A DNA stretch of 63,442 nucleotides, filler included, from Chiloscyllium plagiosum (taxonomy: Eukaryota), in NCBI RefSeq assembly GCF_004010195.1. It is 4 parts of one record of this genome, joined end to end, with 100 filler letters (N's around TTAATTAATTAA, not from the genome) between each part and the next. Parts side by side here need not be neighbours in the genome. Positions count along the whole stretch, not along the records: positions 1 to 22,444 come from NC_057710.1; positions 22,545 to 30,606 come from NC_057710.1; 2 more parts are not named here. The stretch is one strand, 5' to 3'. Of this stretch, positions 12,666-24,800 are shown piece by piece. The position numbers were made by a program, and so were the translations under genes. Positions within the stretch are counted from its first letter, which is position 1. The number at the start of each line of letters is the position of its first letter. Below the pieces are notes generated by a model. That model had not been told where the DNA came from, did no database searches, and worked only from the letters and a program-made list of their open reading frames with translations.

Positions 12666-14861
12666 AGAACCAAAGAGGAACAGGGATGCTGAATCAGGAA
12701 GGCAAATCAAGTGCATAATCACAACAAAGGACACCTCAGAGGGAGGAAGCCAACCAGACACTAGCCAAACAAGAGCTTCCAGACACACACCGAGAGAACC
12801 GACAGCAAGAACCTTAGCAACTGGACGCACTTTAAAACTGTTTAATCCCCAGTGGTGAGCTATAATCCCTGAGACTCCAAACTTTCCAACCTAGCTAGCA
12901 AGGAGTGGAAGGTGGGCAGTGACAGTACATGGGCCCTAAGGGCAGGAAGCCTGATTACAGTTTCTGTGATTAATTCTGCTGTTTAACTTCTAATAGTGTT
13001 TAACTTAGGTGTAAATTAATAGTCTATTTAATTACTGTCCTTTGAATAATTGTGTTAGAGACACATAGAGATGTACAGCATAGAAACAGACCCTTCGGTC
13101 CAATTCATCCATGCTGACCAGATATCCTAAACTAATCTAGTCCCATTTGCCAGCATTTGGCCCATATCTCTCTCCACCCTTGCTATTGATCCAGATACCT
13201 TTTAAATGCTGTAATTGTACCAGTGTCCAGCACTTCCTCTGGCAGCTCACTGTCCCCTTTTTGCTCTCTTGATTTCTGTCTTAAGTATATTCCTATTGCC
13301 TTAGTACTCTTCTAAAGATTCAGTCAATCTCTGCTGATATATACTTCCTTTTAATTTGTGATCAAATTTCACTGTTTTATTGCCTTTGCCTTTATTTCTT
13401 GTATTATACTTACCCTTTTGTATTTAAATAAATGCAGAGAATCTTTTGCCCTGAAACACCTGTCTCCTGCCTTATTTCACTTTCCTGAATAAGTCTCGTG
13501 TCCAAACCAGGGACCTGGGAGGTGATTCGAACCACCTAAAAATCAGCAAATTACTGATTGCAAACCAGAAACCCTACACAATACCGCCTGCAAATTCCCC
13601 TCCAAGCCACTCACCATCCTGAGTTGGAAATATATTGCTGTTCCTTCAGTGTTGCTGGGATCAAAATTCTGAAATTACATCCCTAAGGGTATTGTGGATA
13701 TGCCGACAGCACATGGACTGCCGCGGTTCAAGAAGGTAGCTCACCACCACCAAGGGCAACTAGGAACGGGCAATAAATGCTGGTCAGCCAGCAATGCCCA
13801 CATCCCAAGATGTGAATAAAACATGTTATTGTTATTCCTACTTTAAAACGTGTAAGGCATGGCAGTTTAACAATCCAATAAATTCTTTGCAAATCAATTG
13901 GATATTATAGGAATGCCGCTCTCTCTTTTTAAGAAATGTTGAATAACAAACAGTTGAACTGACAGACACAGTAAAGCTTGTTAACACTACCAAGGCAGGA
14001 ACAAATCACTACTACAGACTCTGAACAAGATGTTCCAAAAGCCTAATAAGATGTGATCTCATGACCCATAAATTAATCAACTGTAAAGGTCAAGTGGGCA
14101 CCCGCTAAGCCACATGACAACTTCTTGGGTTTTGGAATGAAATAGGAGGAATCACCTTGAATATTTGTCCCTTGTTAATGGGTGACCAAATAAATGACCA
14201 ATAAGAGACCCCAGGAATCGCATGACAGAAAAAAGCTTCTTGGGTGGATAGTTCTGGCTCTAGCCTTACACCTTGGTTAGCTCAAAAAAACTGGATAAAG
14301 AAGTGCTTTCTGAAGTGACCCATGTTAGCTTTGGCTGAACATTTTGACCAGCATTAGAAAACTGAACGGAAGAGGAAGAGAGACTGCCACCTCCTATTAC
14401 AGAGTTGAATATTACCTGCTTGCCTGTCCGATCAGTGCCAGTGAACTGTTTGTGCTGGTTATGGGTCATACCTTTTGATTGCTTGTTCAGCTTATGTAAC
14501 ATAAATAGACTGGTGATGCCTAATAAGCTGATATAAAATTCCCTATAACCTAAACCTCCATTTTGGTTAACTTGTGACTCCTAGAGATTATCTTCCAAAT
14601 CTGACTGCAAATCACAAACATTCTCAAGTTCAAATAAAAAGGTCAAATTGTTGTTGTTGAGAACTGCCTCCCATTAAAATGTTGCTCTGAAGCTAAGGCT
14701 TTGGCTGGGTGGGGTGAGAGTAAGGCTAGTAAAACCTAAAAGGTTATAAACCGTCACCTCAATGTTATCGTTTTGCAGATTTGTTTCTTCACTTCCCCTT
14801 CTCGACATTGTTACCTATTCCTTTAGAAAGTGAGCATGAAGAGCGAAAGATTCTCATATAC

Positions 14862-14906
14862 CTGCTTCATCATGTTTTTGCTGCATAGTCCCATGGCATA
14901 TTTTGC
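14862..14906 (-). CDS. Candidate 45-nt coding exon (AKYAMGLCSKNMMKQ)
   Basis: Acceptor ttttaatattttccAG; donor CAG|GTATAT; phase 0/0, compatible with the neighbouring candidates. Confidence 0.5.
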
Positions 14907-17477
14907 CTGGAAAATATTAAAATTGAGGTTCACTATGCTGCTAAAGCTCACATTCAGATAGTATTATCATCCTGAGGGTTACACTGACCTACATTCCTGT
15001 TTGCATGCTTGTATCAACATGTGAAAAGCTCAGACTATACCAAACATGGATTTAACTTTTTATTCACATCAACACTTCAAAGGTAAGTGCGGTCGAGGAG
15101 AAAACAAACGACTTGGGTTTCACGAATTGTTTCTCAAAACAGTCCCCTTGACTTCATGTGGTGAATTGTTTTGGGTGTTCCTGGGTTATGAAATAACAAA
15201 TGACTGTCAGTATTTCTGATGTAGATCAACAAGAACTTGCACTTATGTTGTAGATTTAATGCAGTGAATACAGGGCCTGAGATGCTTCACAGAGGAACTG
15301 AGTCATTTTGAGAAGTTTAGGAGAGATACCAGAGGGAGTGATGGAGGCTGGTACAATTACAACATTTAAGAGGCATTTGGATGGGTGTGTAATAAGAAGG
15401 GTTCAGAGGGATATGGCCCAAGTGCTGGAAAATGGGATTAGCTTAATTTGGGATATCTGGTCAGCATGGACAAATTGGACTGAAGCGTGGGTTTCTGTGC
15501 TGTACATCTCTATGACTCTATGACTGAAGACTTGGTCAAAGACACATGTCTTGAGGGGACATTGGGGTTCAAGGATGAAGTTTCAAAGAGTAGAATCAAG
15601 ATGCTTAAAAGCTGCTTTAGATTTAAATGTTGATCTCCCTCTCTGTGCACCTTCTCTGCATCCTTAACATTGTCTTCTTTGCTCTGTCCTATTACTCAAA
15701 TTAACTTTGTATGGTACAAGCTGCCTATCCTGCATGCAAAACAAAACTTTTTACTGTACCTAGGAACTTGTGATAATAATAAATCAAACTCAATCAAAGG
15801 TTGTACATGAGGAATGGGGGTCTGCACTGCAGACCATACTCAGGTGGGTCAAAAGAGATGGGGCATAAAGGCGGAAGGTATGACAGAAATCATATAGTGT
15901 GGGACGACAGGGATTTATCCCTGAAGATAAAGATTTTAAATCTGTTGTATTAGTGGGCTGACTTGGCAAGGCACGTGTAATGTGCAAGGAAGAGTCATGG
16001 GCAAGTTGGACATTACAGTAAGGAGAACAGGCTGCAGCGTTTTAAATAAGTTAAAGGGCAGTGGTCATCAGAAGGGTGGGGAAGGAATGGGAAACACTTA
16101 ATCAGGTATAGTCATAGAGTTATAGAGTCATACAGCACGGAAACAGACACTTTGGTCCAACTCATCCATGCTGAAAAGGTATAAAAGACTGATTCAATCC
16201 CAATAAATGCTTATATTTCACTAAGCTCAAATGCATTGCTGTGGAGTGAACAAGATGATATTGGAAAAGCAGAAGCAAGTTGTCTGATTGATTTTCAATG
16301 AATCCTACTAGAACAAAAATGTCCAAGTATGAACATCATATGGAAAAAGAATTAGATTCAGTTCATATGTTCTTTTTGGTTACATGGTACTCTGATATTT
16401 AATCTTCGGACTCTCAGTTGAAAGATGTATCTGGTGGAATTACACCCAAGTTTAGAAAAGGACAAATGGTTTAGGGTGCTGGAGGGTAGGGTGTCAGGTA
16501 AGTATAGTGCCAGGTGGCATATGGAGCAGAATGGATAGGGTATGATGCCAGCTGGGTAGTATGCTAAGCAAATAGGATGCCAAATTGTTAGGAAGTAGGG
16601 CAAGGGCTGGCTAGGGTGCCAGATAAATGATGCAGTGTTTAGTGTAGGTTGGGAGATCTTGGGTCAGGCGGGGAGCAGAGCAGGGTGGGTGTTGGATCTC
16701 GGGGTTGCGTGGTCGAGTTCCAGGGTGGGCAGGTTCCAGTGGTCAGAAATTGTGGGCTGAGCCATGAGGTTGGGGTTGGAAGGCAGGTCAAGTCTGGATG
16801 AGTATGGGGTGGTCAGGTCCCCAGGGGTGCATAGACATCAGGTGAAGTGGGCAAAGGTCCAGAGACCAAGAAAGGGGGAAATCCGGGCCTCTATCTTCTT
16901 AACTACAGGAGACTCTTCCAGGTGGATCAGAAAGTGATTTCCCCCACACAAGACCAAACGGGTCTGTAGTTTTCGAGACTTTAAGGGATGATAACATCAG
17001 CCCTCAGCATGAGTGGCAGCTCAGGCAGTGCGGTGAGCTGGCCTGTCCATACAACAGAGCAAAAAGAAAGGAGAGAGTTATCAAAATGAAGAAATAGTCA
17101 TCAGCTGACTGCTGTCAAAGCCCTGTTCCTGCATTTCTGAGGTGTACAACATTGGGTCAGTTTGATCCCATTGTAGGACTCAAAGCATTTTCCTTTCTCA
17201 GAAGCAGAACCATTTTCAAATTGATCAGGACAGTTGTAGCAAGTGCATCTGGAAATGGCAATGAGTTTTACACATTGTTCCCATGGGGATAGAGAGTCAT
17301 TCTTTCTGACTTTCTGCAATTCCGTCAAGATTTAAGACCTAAGCCTACACTAGATGCTCCTTTACTAGAATTTCTGTTTGTGTGGTGTTTACTGTGGGTT
17401 ATGTCAAGCTACCACAAATGCAATATTGATCTAACTGACTTCTGAATGTCCCTTCTGTACATTCACATAGTTTTTTT

Positions 17478-17764
17478 TAGATTAGATTCCCCGCAGTGTG
17501 GAAACAGGCACTTCGACCCAACCCTCCGAAGAGTAACCCACCTCCCTCTGACCAATGCACCTAACACTATGGGTAATTTAGCATGGGCAATCCACCTAAC
17601 CTGCACATCTTTAGGCTGTGGGAGGAAACCAGAGCACCCAGAGGAAACCCACGCAGACACAGGGAGAACGCACAACTCCACACAGACAGCCGCCCGAGGT
17701 CTAGATTCGAACCTGAGCCCCTGGTGCAGTGAGACTGCAGTGCTAACCACTGAGCCACTGTGCC
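17478..17764 (-). mobile_element. HE1 SINE
   Basis: GGCACAGTGGCTCAGTGGTTAGCACTGC head on the minus strand; HE1 body. Confidence 0.9.
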
Positions 17765-18559
17765 ATTTTCTTTTAGAGGCTTAAGACAGCCAGTACATCA
17801 AACATTTCCTTTAAAATTTATCCTCTTACTCCAGCTGTAATAGTACTTACAGAATAAAAGACTATGTTGCATAATTGGTAGGAATATATTTGTCCTTTGA
17901 TCAAATGATTAGCACTAGTTGAATGTTAGTACTTAAGACTCCTGATTGTTACTAGATGTTCTTTGTGTTTTTATTTAAGTTATATATCTATCTGGAAGTA
18001 CATACTGCTTTGAACCCTGGTTTTCACCTCAGGGGCCTGGGCAAGAGCTCAGCTCAGATTTTAAAAAAAGGTTCAGAAATGGATTATGTTTGATTTATCA
18101 CAACCCAGTTCCCAGCAAGTGTGAATTGAAGCCACAAAAACACCAGTAAACGTCAGTAATTGACAGTAAATTGGCAGCCTTTCTGTGACAGGTCTTCAGG
18201 ATGGCTGCTGTGAGAAACAGAAATGTTCTATAGATACATTAGCAACTGCGCCTCTGAAGCTGGAATACGGGAATTGGGACACTGTCTCTTTACTCACTGT
18301 GGTAATGTAAAATGGACTACTGAGGGGCAACTTTTTCACACGAGGGGGTGTTCATATGTGGAATGAGGAAGTGGTAGATGAAGGTGCGGTTACAATATTT
18401 AAAGAACATTTGGACAGGTACATGGATGGGAAAGGTTGAGAGCGATATTGCCCCACTAGCTTAGTTTGGGGAACTTGGTCGGCATGGACGAGTTGGACCG
18501 AAGGGTCTGTGTCCATGTTGTATGACTCTATGACAGTGTAATCCATGTAGATGAGAGAA

Positions 18560-19260
18560 ATCAAAGTGAAATTATCGGTTAGGACAAAGCTGTGCAGGCT
18601 CCACTGGGGTCACAAGTCAAAATGTTTGGGGCTGCAATCTCCGAGGTAACAATAGGTGCCGCGCAGTTCATACTGAGTGCTATCACCAGCGAGGCCCCTT
18701 TACATCGTCTCCTTGTACCAAACAATGTGTGTGGCCCTAAAGGACAGATCTTTGCAGCTTGATTCCTGCTGCAAAACATTTTGTTCCCTACTGTCCCAAT
18801 TTCCACAAAGCCTGGGCCAGTAAATGCGGCCGCACTGGGAACATCTCCGGGCACTTGCTGATAGCAAGGAGAGCGCACATTAGCTTTTATTTGCATGTCT
18901 GTGCATGCGCTATTGCTGAAACAGGCCAGCAATAGAATAGAATGGTGCACTGCACTTGTACAACCAACAGTGTGCAAGCATCAACAAGCAGGTTCACAAT
19001 AAAATCAATAAAATAAACGTTTAACGTATCGGGAAATACTGGGCGGGAGAGTGCTTTAGGATGTCCTCGTATTGTGAAGGAACAAAATAAATGCAAGACT
19101 TTCGTTCACCAAGAGAAAACACCTCAGCAATGGCTTTAAAGGACACGCCCAATAAAATTCAGCTCCATCTTATGGTTTCAATGGTCACCCTTTCAAGAAA
19201 AACTTGAGGCCGATAATTTCACAGGTTGCGCGTGTCACTTCATTACTCGTCCAGAATTGT
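18560..19260. promoter_or_regulatory. Candidate enhancer/promoter: CpG-retaining unique sequence with SOX, octamer and GC-box motifs
   Basis: AACAATAG 18648, AACAATG 18721, ATTTGCAT 18889, GGGCGGGA 19041, CACGCCC 19144; CpGs visibly denser than in the flanks. Confidence 0.4.
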
Positions 19261-19507
19261 CCTTGATAAGATGGTCATGACAGGGAGTTCCAGCATCTAA
19301 TACTATGGAGATATTGTTCCTTTGATGAAATATTAGGTGCAGGTCCTATCGATCTGTCTGGGTATAAAAAGAACCCCCTCAGTGAAGAGCAGAAATGTGT
19401 TGTCCCAGTTCCCCCAAATCCCACCTGCCCCAGTTGTGTGATACATCATGTCTGAGCAGGTTGGTTAAAATATCTATTTATTCCCCAAACAACATCTAAA
19501 GCAGATT

Positions 19508-19738
19508 GTAGTAACAAATTACTGCAGATGCTGGAATCTGTACTGAAAACAACAAATGCTGGAGATCACAGTGGATCAGACAGAATCCATGAAGAGTAAG
19601 CAAGCTCATGTTTCGAGTCCAACTGACTCTTAATCAGAGATTTGATACAGAGTCATCTAGACTCCAAACATTAGATTGCTCTCTTGCCATGGATGCTGTC
19701 TGACCCACTGTGATATCCAGCATTTGTTGTTTTCAGTT
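19508..19738. mobile_element. Fold-back pair of Penelope-type pseudo-LTRs (family C)
   Basis: Arms 19541-19638 and 19641-19738 are inverted; CTGAAAACAACAAATGCTGGA pairs perfectly; degenerate 15-bp flanking duplication. Confidence 0.8.
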
Positions 19739-20923
19739 CATCTGAAACAGATTACCTAACCATTATCATGTTACTGTTTGACGAAACTTGCTGTGCTCAA
19801 ATTAGATGCTATGCTTCTTGCATTACAACAATAGATACTCTTCAAAAGTACTTTAGGTGCTACAAAAATTCAAGACTTCCTTTCTAAGTATCGTAAATGT
19901 GTTCCAGGTCCTGAAATAACCATGAGATCATAGGAGATGTTAAGAGATGAAAAGCCACGAATTATAGTGAGTTTGTTGGATGACAGACACAGATTTTATT
20001 AACAAATGACATGATGAGCTAAGTGAGCCTGAGGGGCAATCAGCCTGCGTTCTCGGGCTGACAGAATGACATCTTACTACTGTACTGTCTGACACCAGCG
20101 GCTTTACCAGAAAATAATTATGCAAAAAGAGCAGCTGCTTGCCTAAAGCTCAGTTACACAGAAATCACCTGCTCTTCACAAGTCAGAACAGGAACACAAA
20201 TACTTCCAGCTTTTAGTCACCTCAGAGAAACACTGCTGATTCTTCCCCGATGACCGCTCTTGGCGCCCTTATGGTATTGGGTAAGGGTTGTTTGAATTAG
20301 TTTACTGTCACCAGTCCTCTTTTGTTGTTACTTTGTCTTGGGCCTAACTGCGGTGGTGAAGGATACACGACTGTGTAGCATTTATGGAAGAGACATCATT
20401 CTTGGTGGTGGAATTGGGGCAGGACTGGGCATTCATACAAGACTGCCCTCAATAACCACAATCACCACTGCCCCCCGTCAGCACAGAGAGCCCATCCAGT
20501 GCAATGGCCTCCCCTTCTCACTAAGTGTTAAACTGGTTGGGCATCCCACTAAGAGCCAGGTGAGGAGAGGGGAATGTGAGATACCTTCAGGAAGAGGCTC
20601 ATTCTAAGATAGAGCAATAAGGTCTTGTCCTACAATAAGCCTGAAATTTGAAATAATATAAATATCGTTCCAAACTGACACAATAGTAGAGATACCAGTT
20701 TTTTCTGAAGGGCATCTGGCTGAGGAGTACAAGCTGATTGATATCTCTGTCCTGATCTGAGTGAGGAGCATGTTTCTACTCTCATCCAATACAGGACGAC
20801 TCTCAGGAACGGTGATTATGACATTGAGTAGTATGAACTGGTAAGTACAGGATTGTGACTACAGTTGTAAACATTCCTTACCTCAGAATCCCACTTTATC
20901 ACTCAGAGAAAATCTGGAATTAC

Positions 20924-20984
20924 CTGCAGAAGTGAGCGAGGTATCTTCCAAAAGTCATTAAGTCCATACTTTACCCCCATAGTC
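20924..20984 (-). CDS. Candidate 61-nt coding exon (xTMGVKYGLNDFWKIPRSLLQ)
   Basis: Strong acceptor ttttccactgtttttctcccaAG; donor CAG|GTAATT; phase 2/0 is open. Confidence 0.5.
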
Positions 20985-21064
20985 CTTGGGAGAAAAACAG
21001 TGGAAAACTGAGGATTTGTGTCAATTACTGAGCACATCATACAAAAAATTGTAAAGACGCTTAC

Positions 21065-21159
21065 CATGTGCCTTCAATTGAGAAAGCATTACAAATTCTC
21101 AAAGTACAAAAGAGTTCTGCAGTCTTGTATTAGTCAATAGTTATAACCAGCTATCATCA
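21065..21159 (-). other. Candidate exon upstream of an 80-nt intron; acceptor ambiguous, coding or 5'UTR
   Basis: Donor ATG|GTAAGC at 21064; possible exon starts at 21071, 21116, 21123 or 21159. Confidence 0.4.
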
Positions 21160-21959
21160 CTGAACAAGACATGGAAAAATTGGTATCCAAACATATTTTA
21201 ATTTGCCCAACCTATAATCAAGTTATAGTCAATAAGTACTATCACATTTATACATATGAACATGCAAACTGGAAACATGACTAGCTATTCAGTGCTTTGA
21301 ACCTACTCTGTCGTTGGATAAGATCAGAACTGATCTGATTGTGGCCATAATCTACTCCCCTGTTAACCCCAAAATCCTTTAATTTCCTCATTATTTATGA
21401 GTCTGTATAAACACACCATAAAAACATTCAATGACCCTGTCTCCTTAGCTCTTCAGAGAAGAGAGTTCCACAAATCCATGTCCCTCTGAGAGAAGAACAA
21501 TTATCCTCATCTCATAGAATCATAGAGTCATAGATATGTACAGCATGGAAATAGAGACTGCAGTCCAACCTGTCCACGCCGACCAGATATCCCAACCCAA
21601 TCTAGTCCCACTTGCCAGCACCCAGCCCATATCCCTCCAAACCCTTCCTATTCATATACACATCTAAATGCCTTCTAAATGTTGCAATTGTACCAGCCTC
21701 TCTATTCTCAAAGAGAGATTCCTGAGATACAGGTCAATGCTTCTGACAGAATCAATGTGTATATTTTCCTGAGCTCTGTCTAACCTGAGGAATTTGCACA
21801 GTACCTGTTGGAGAATCATGGTCTCCTGATATAGTCATATGTCTACTTCACCACTTGTTATTAACAGTTAACCTGCCTGAGAGTTAATAGAACTTGGATA
21901 TAGTTTCAGAGATGTAATACCTACATCTTGTTATCTAAGCTAGAACATCCTACAATAAG

Positions 21960-22444
21960 CTAGAACATAATACAATAAGCTTCAATCTGCAATTTGAGAG
22001 GGAGAGGGTACAATCGGGGGAAGTGACAATTTTTCAGTTGAATAAAGGGAACTATGGAGCTATGAGGGAGGAGCTGGCCAAAGTTCAATGGTGCAATACC
22101 CTAGCAGGGATGGCAGTGGAACAACAATGGCAGGTATTTCTGTGTATAATGCAGAAGTTGCAGGATCAGTTCATTCCAAAAAGGAAGAAAGATCCTAGGA
22201 GGAGGCATGGGTGGCCGTAGCTGACGAGGGAATTAAGAAACATATAAATTTAAAAGAGAAAAAGTATAACATAGCAAAGATAAGTGGGAAAACAGAAGAC
22301 TGGGAAGCTTTTAAAGAAGAACAGAGGATTACTAAGAAGGAAATACGCAGAGAAAAAATGAGGTACGAAGGTAAACTGGCCAATAGTATAAAGGAGGATA
22401 GTAAAAGTTTTTTTAGGTATGTGAAAGGCAAAAAAATGGTTAAG
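21960..22444 (+). mobile_element. CR1 ORF2 linker fragment running into a gap
   Basis: LNKGNYGAMREELAKVQW...YEGKLANSIKEDSKSFFRYVKGK. Confidence 0.9.
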
Positions 22445-22544
22445 NNNNNNNNNNNNNNNNNNNNNNNNNNNNNNNNNNNNNNNNNNNNTTAATTAATTAA
22501 NNNNNNNNNNNNNNNNNNNNNNNNNNNNNNNNNNNNNNNNNNNN
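22445..22544. other. Artificial 100-bp scaffold spacer (N44-TTAATTAATTAA-N44)
   Basis: Identical layout at 30607-30706 and 49709-49808. Confidence 0.97.
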
Positions 22545-22672
22545 TGGGGCAGGAGCAGGCGGAGACAATGGGTCGGCCGGGGCAGTCAGGTTTGTGGATT
22601 TTGGGCGGGAGGTAGAAACGGGCGGTGCGGGGTTGTGGGACTATGAGGTTGGAGGCGGTGGGTGGGAGATGT
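22545..22672 (-). mobile_element. Penelope-like RT N-terminal fragment
   Basis: PRTARFYLPPKIHKPDCPGRPIVSACSCP (PLE PKIHK...RPIVS motif). Confidence 0.88.
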
Positions 22673-23077
22673 GAGATGCTGAGTGAGGCCTTTGTTGATG
22701 TTGAGACTTTTTCCATCCAAGTTACAGGTGTTAAAACAAGATGCTCTCTAGTGAGTGGCAAAATGCTTATTAATGGGAATTTGTAACTCATTATCACTGT
22801 CATTGTGGCCTTATCGCACCTCATTAACCACAGGTAAACACAAAACTAGGAGCTGGGATAGGCCATTCTGCATTTCAAGCCTACTCCACATTCCATATGA
22901 TCATTGCTGATCTACCATTTCAATGTCATTTTCTTGATGCCCTTAATATCTAAAAACATTATCAATCTCCTTCTTGAATATAGTCAGTAATACAGTCTCC
23001 ACAGCCTTCTTTGGAAGAAAATTTCACAAGTTGATCACACTCTGAATGAGGAAATAGTTCCTCATCTCAGTTCTAAA

Positions 23078-23438
23078 TGGCGAGGTGATGACCTCGTGGT
23101 GTCATTGCAGGACTGTTAGTCTACAGACCCAGTCTAATGCTCCTCGGACCTGGTTTTGAATCCTGGATGGCAGATGGTGGAATTTAAATTCAATAAAATT
23201 CTGAACTTAAGAGTCTAATGGTAACTGTGAAGCCATTATCGACTGTGGGAAAACACCATCTGGTTCCCTAATGTCCTTTAGGGAAGGAAACTGACATCAT
23301 TAACTGGTTTGACCTACATATGACTCCAGACTCACAGCCAATGTAGTTGACTCTTGATCTGCCCTTTGGGCAATTAGGGATGGGCAATAAATGCAGGCTT
23401 GGCCAGCAATGCCCTTATCTCATAAATGAATAAGAAAA
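23078..23438 (+). mobile_element. SacSINE1-like tRNA SINE nested in an old CR1 tail
   Basis: tRNA-like head, ATGGCAGATGGTGGAATTT, CCATCTGGTTC.CTAATGTCCTTTAGGGAAGG, LINE-shared tail; relatives at 26728-27055 (+), 51060-51400 (-) and 58765-59180 (+). Confidence 0.75.
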
Positions 23439-23732
23439 AGACTTTGTGTTGGGCCGAAGGGCCTGTTTCCACACTGTAGGGAATCTAATCTAATCACAAT
23501 CTAATCAACTGTGACCCCAGTTCTAGACTTCCCGACATCCTCCCTGTATCTACTGTCGAGCTTTATTAGAATTTTATAAATTCCAATCAGATCCTTCCTC
23601 ATTCTTTTAAACTCTATTGAATACAGGCCCATCTGAGCCCATCTGTCTTCACAGTACAGTCCGGCCTTCTCTGCTATCTGTTTAGTGATCCTTCGCTGCC
23701 CTCCCTCTATTGCAAGTATATCCGCTATTATG

Positions 23733-24800
23733 TAGTTAAAAATCACACAACACTAGGTTATATTCCAACAGGTTTATTTGGTAGCACTAGCTTTTGAGGC
23801 CCTGTCTCTTCATCAGGTGTTTGTGGAGCAAGACGCAGAATTTATAGCAAAAGGGTTACAGTGTCACTGAGTTGTAATGATATATTAAACAAACCTAGAT
23901 TAAATCTTGCATCTTTTAGGATCAGGCTCTTTAATATGTAAATGTGAGAACTCCTTTTAAGTTACATTCTCAAAGTGGCTTCAGTTTATCTAACAATAGG
24001 TGTTATCTTAGCTTAGACAATGTATTAAAGGTGCGAACTTAAAGTCTGTCCCAATATTGAGTCAGTTTTATTTCTAAAGTGGGACTTTCAGAATCCTACA
24101 TGGATTTATGCAGTTTTTGAGCAAATAAAAATGTAATTCTGCAACTACAGATCCATGCCATAAATTTATATGTGTGCGCATGCAGGAGAGACAGAGTGGA
24201 TGTGTGTATGTGTGTGCATGTGGGTGTGCGTGCATGTGAAAGAGTGTGTGTATGTGTATGTAAGCTTAGTCCAAGTCTGTGTGTGAGTGTGATGGGGCAT
24301 AAGCCTTTGAGAGAGTGTGTGCTTGCATGGGTGTGAGTATTGGGGGGGGGTGGTGCATGTGTGTACGCATGAGAGAGAGCTTGTGTAAGAGAGAGGGTCT
24401 GCATGAGTGTGTGAGTATGTAGGAGTGTGCGTGTGTGCGTTTGTGTATGCAGGCGTGTGTGTGCACATGCGTGTGCGCACGTGCTTTTGTGTATGTGCGT
24501 ATGTATAGTGCAGTGGAGTCACTTGTATGTGACATGAACCCATGCTCCCGGTTGAGGCCATCTCCATGGGTATCAAACTTGGTTATCAGCCTCTGCTCGG
24601 CCATTTTGCATTGTTGCTTGTCCTGAAGTTCGCCTTGGAGGATGATCACCCGAAGGTCTGAGGCCGAATTTCCCAGACCGCTGATGTTCCCCGACTGGGA
24701 GGGAACCCTCCTGTCTGGGGATTGTTGTGCAGCATCCGTTTGCCCATTGTTGTAGTGTCTGCTCGGTCTCACCAAAGTACGCAGCCTCAGAGCTTCCCTG
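23733..24800 (-). mobile_element. Penelope-like element family A 3' part (GIY-YIG end, CA tract, pseudo-LTR)
   Basis: YFGETEQTLQQW.NG; AEQRLITKFDTH.DGLNR; reverse-complement match to 11560-12625. Confidence 0.88.

Noticed and set aside
14082..14620. Possible additional solo LTR (also about 61560-61990)
   Set aside because: LTR-like composition, but no clear TSD or second copy in the window
18579..18977. 132-aa Cys-rich ORF with a hydrophobic N-terminus
   Set aside because: Non-ATG start, no convincing splice sites or recognisable domain; better explained by a GC/CpG-rich regulatory sequence
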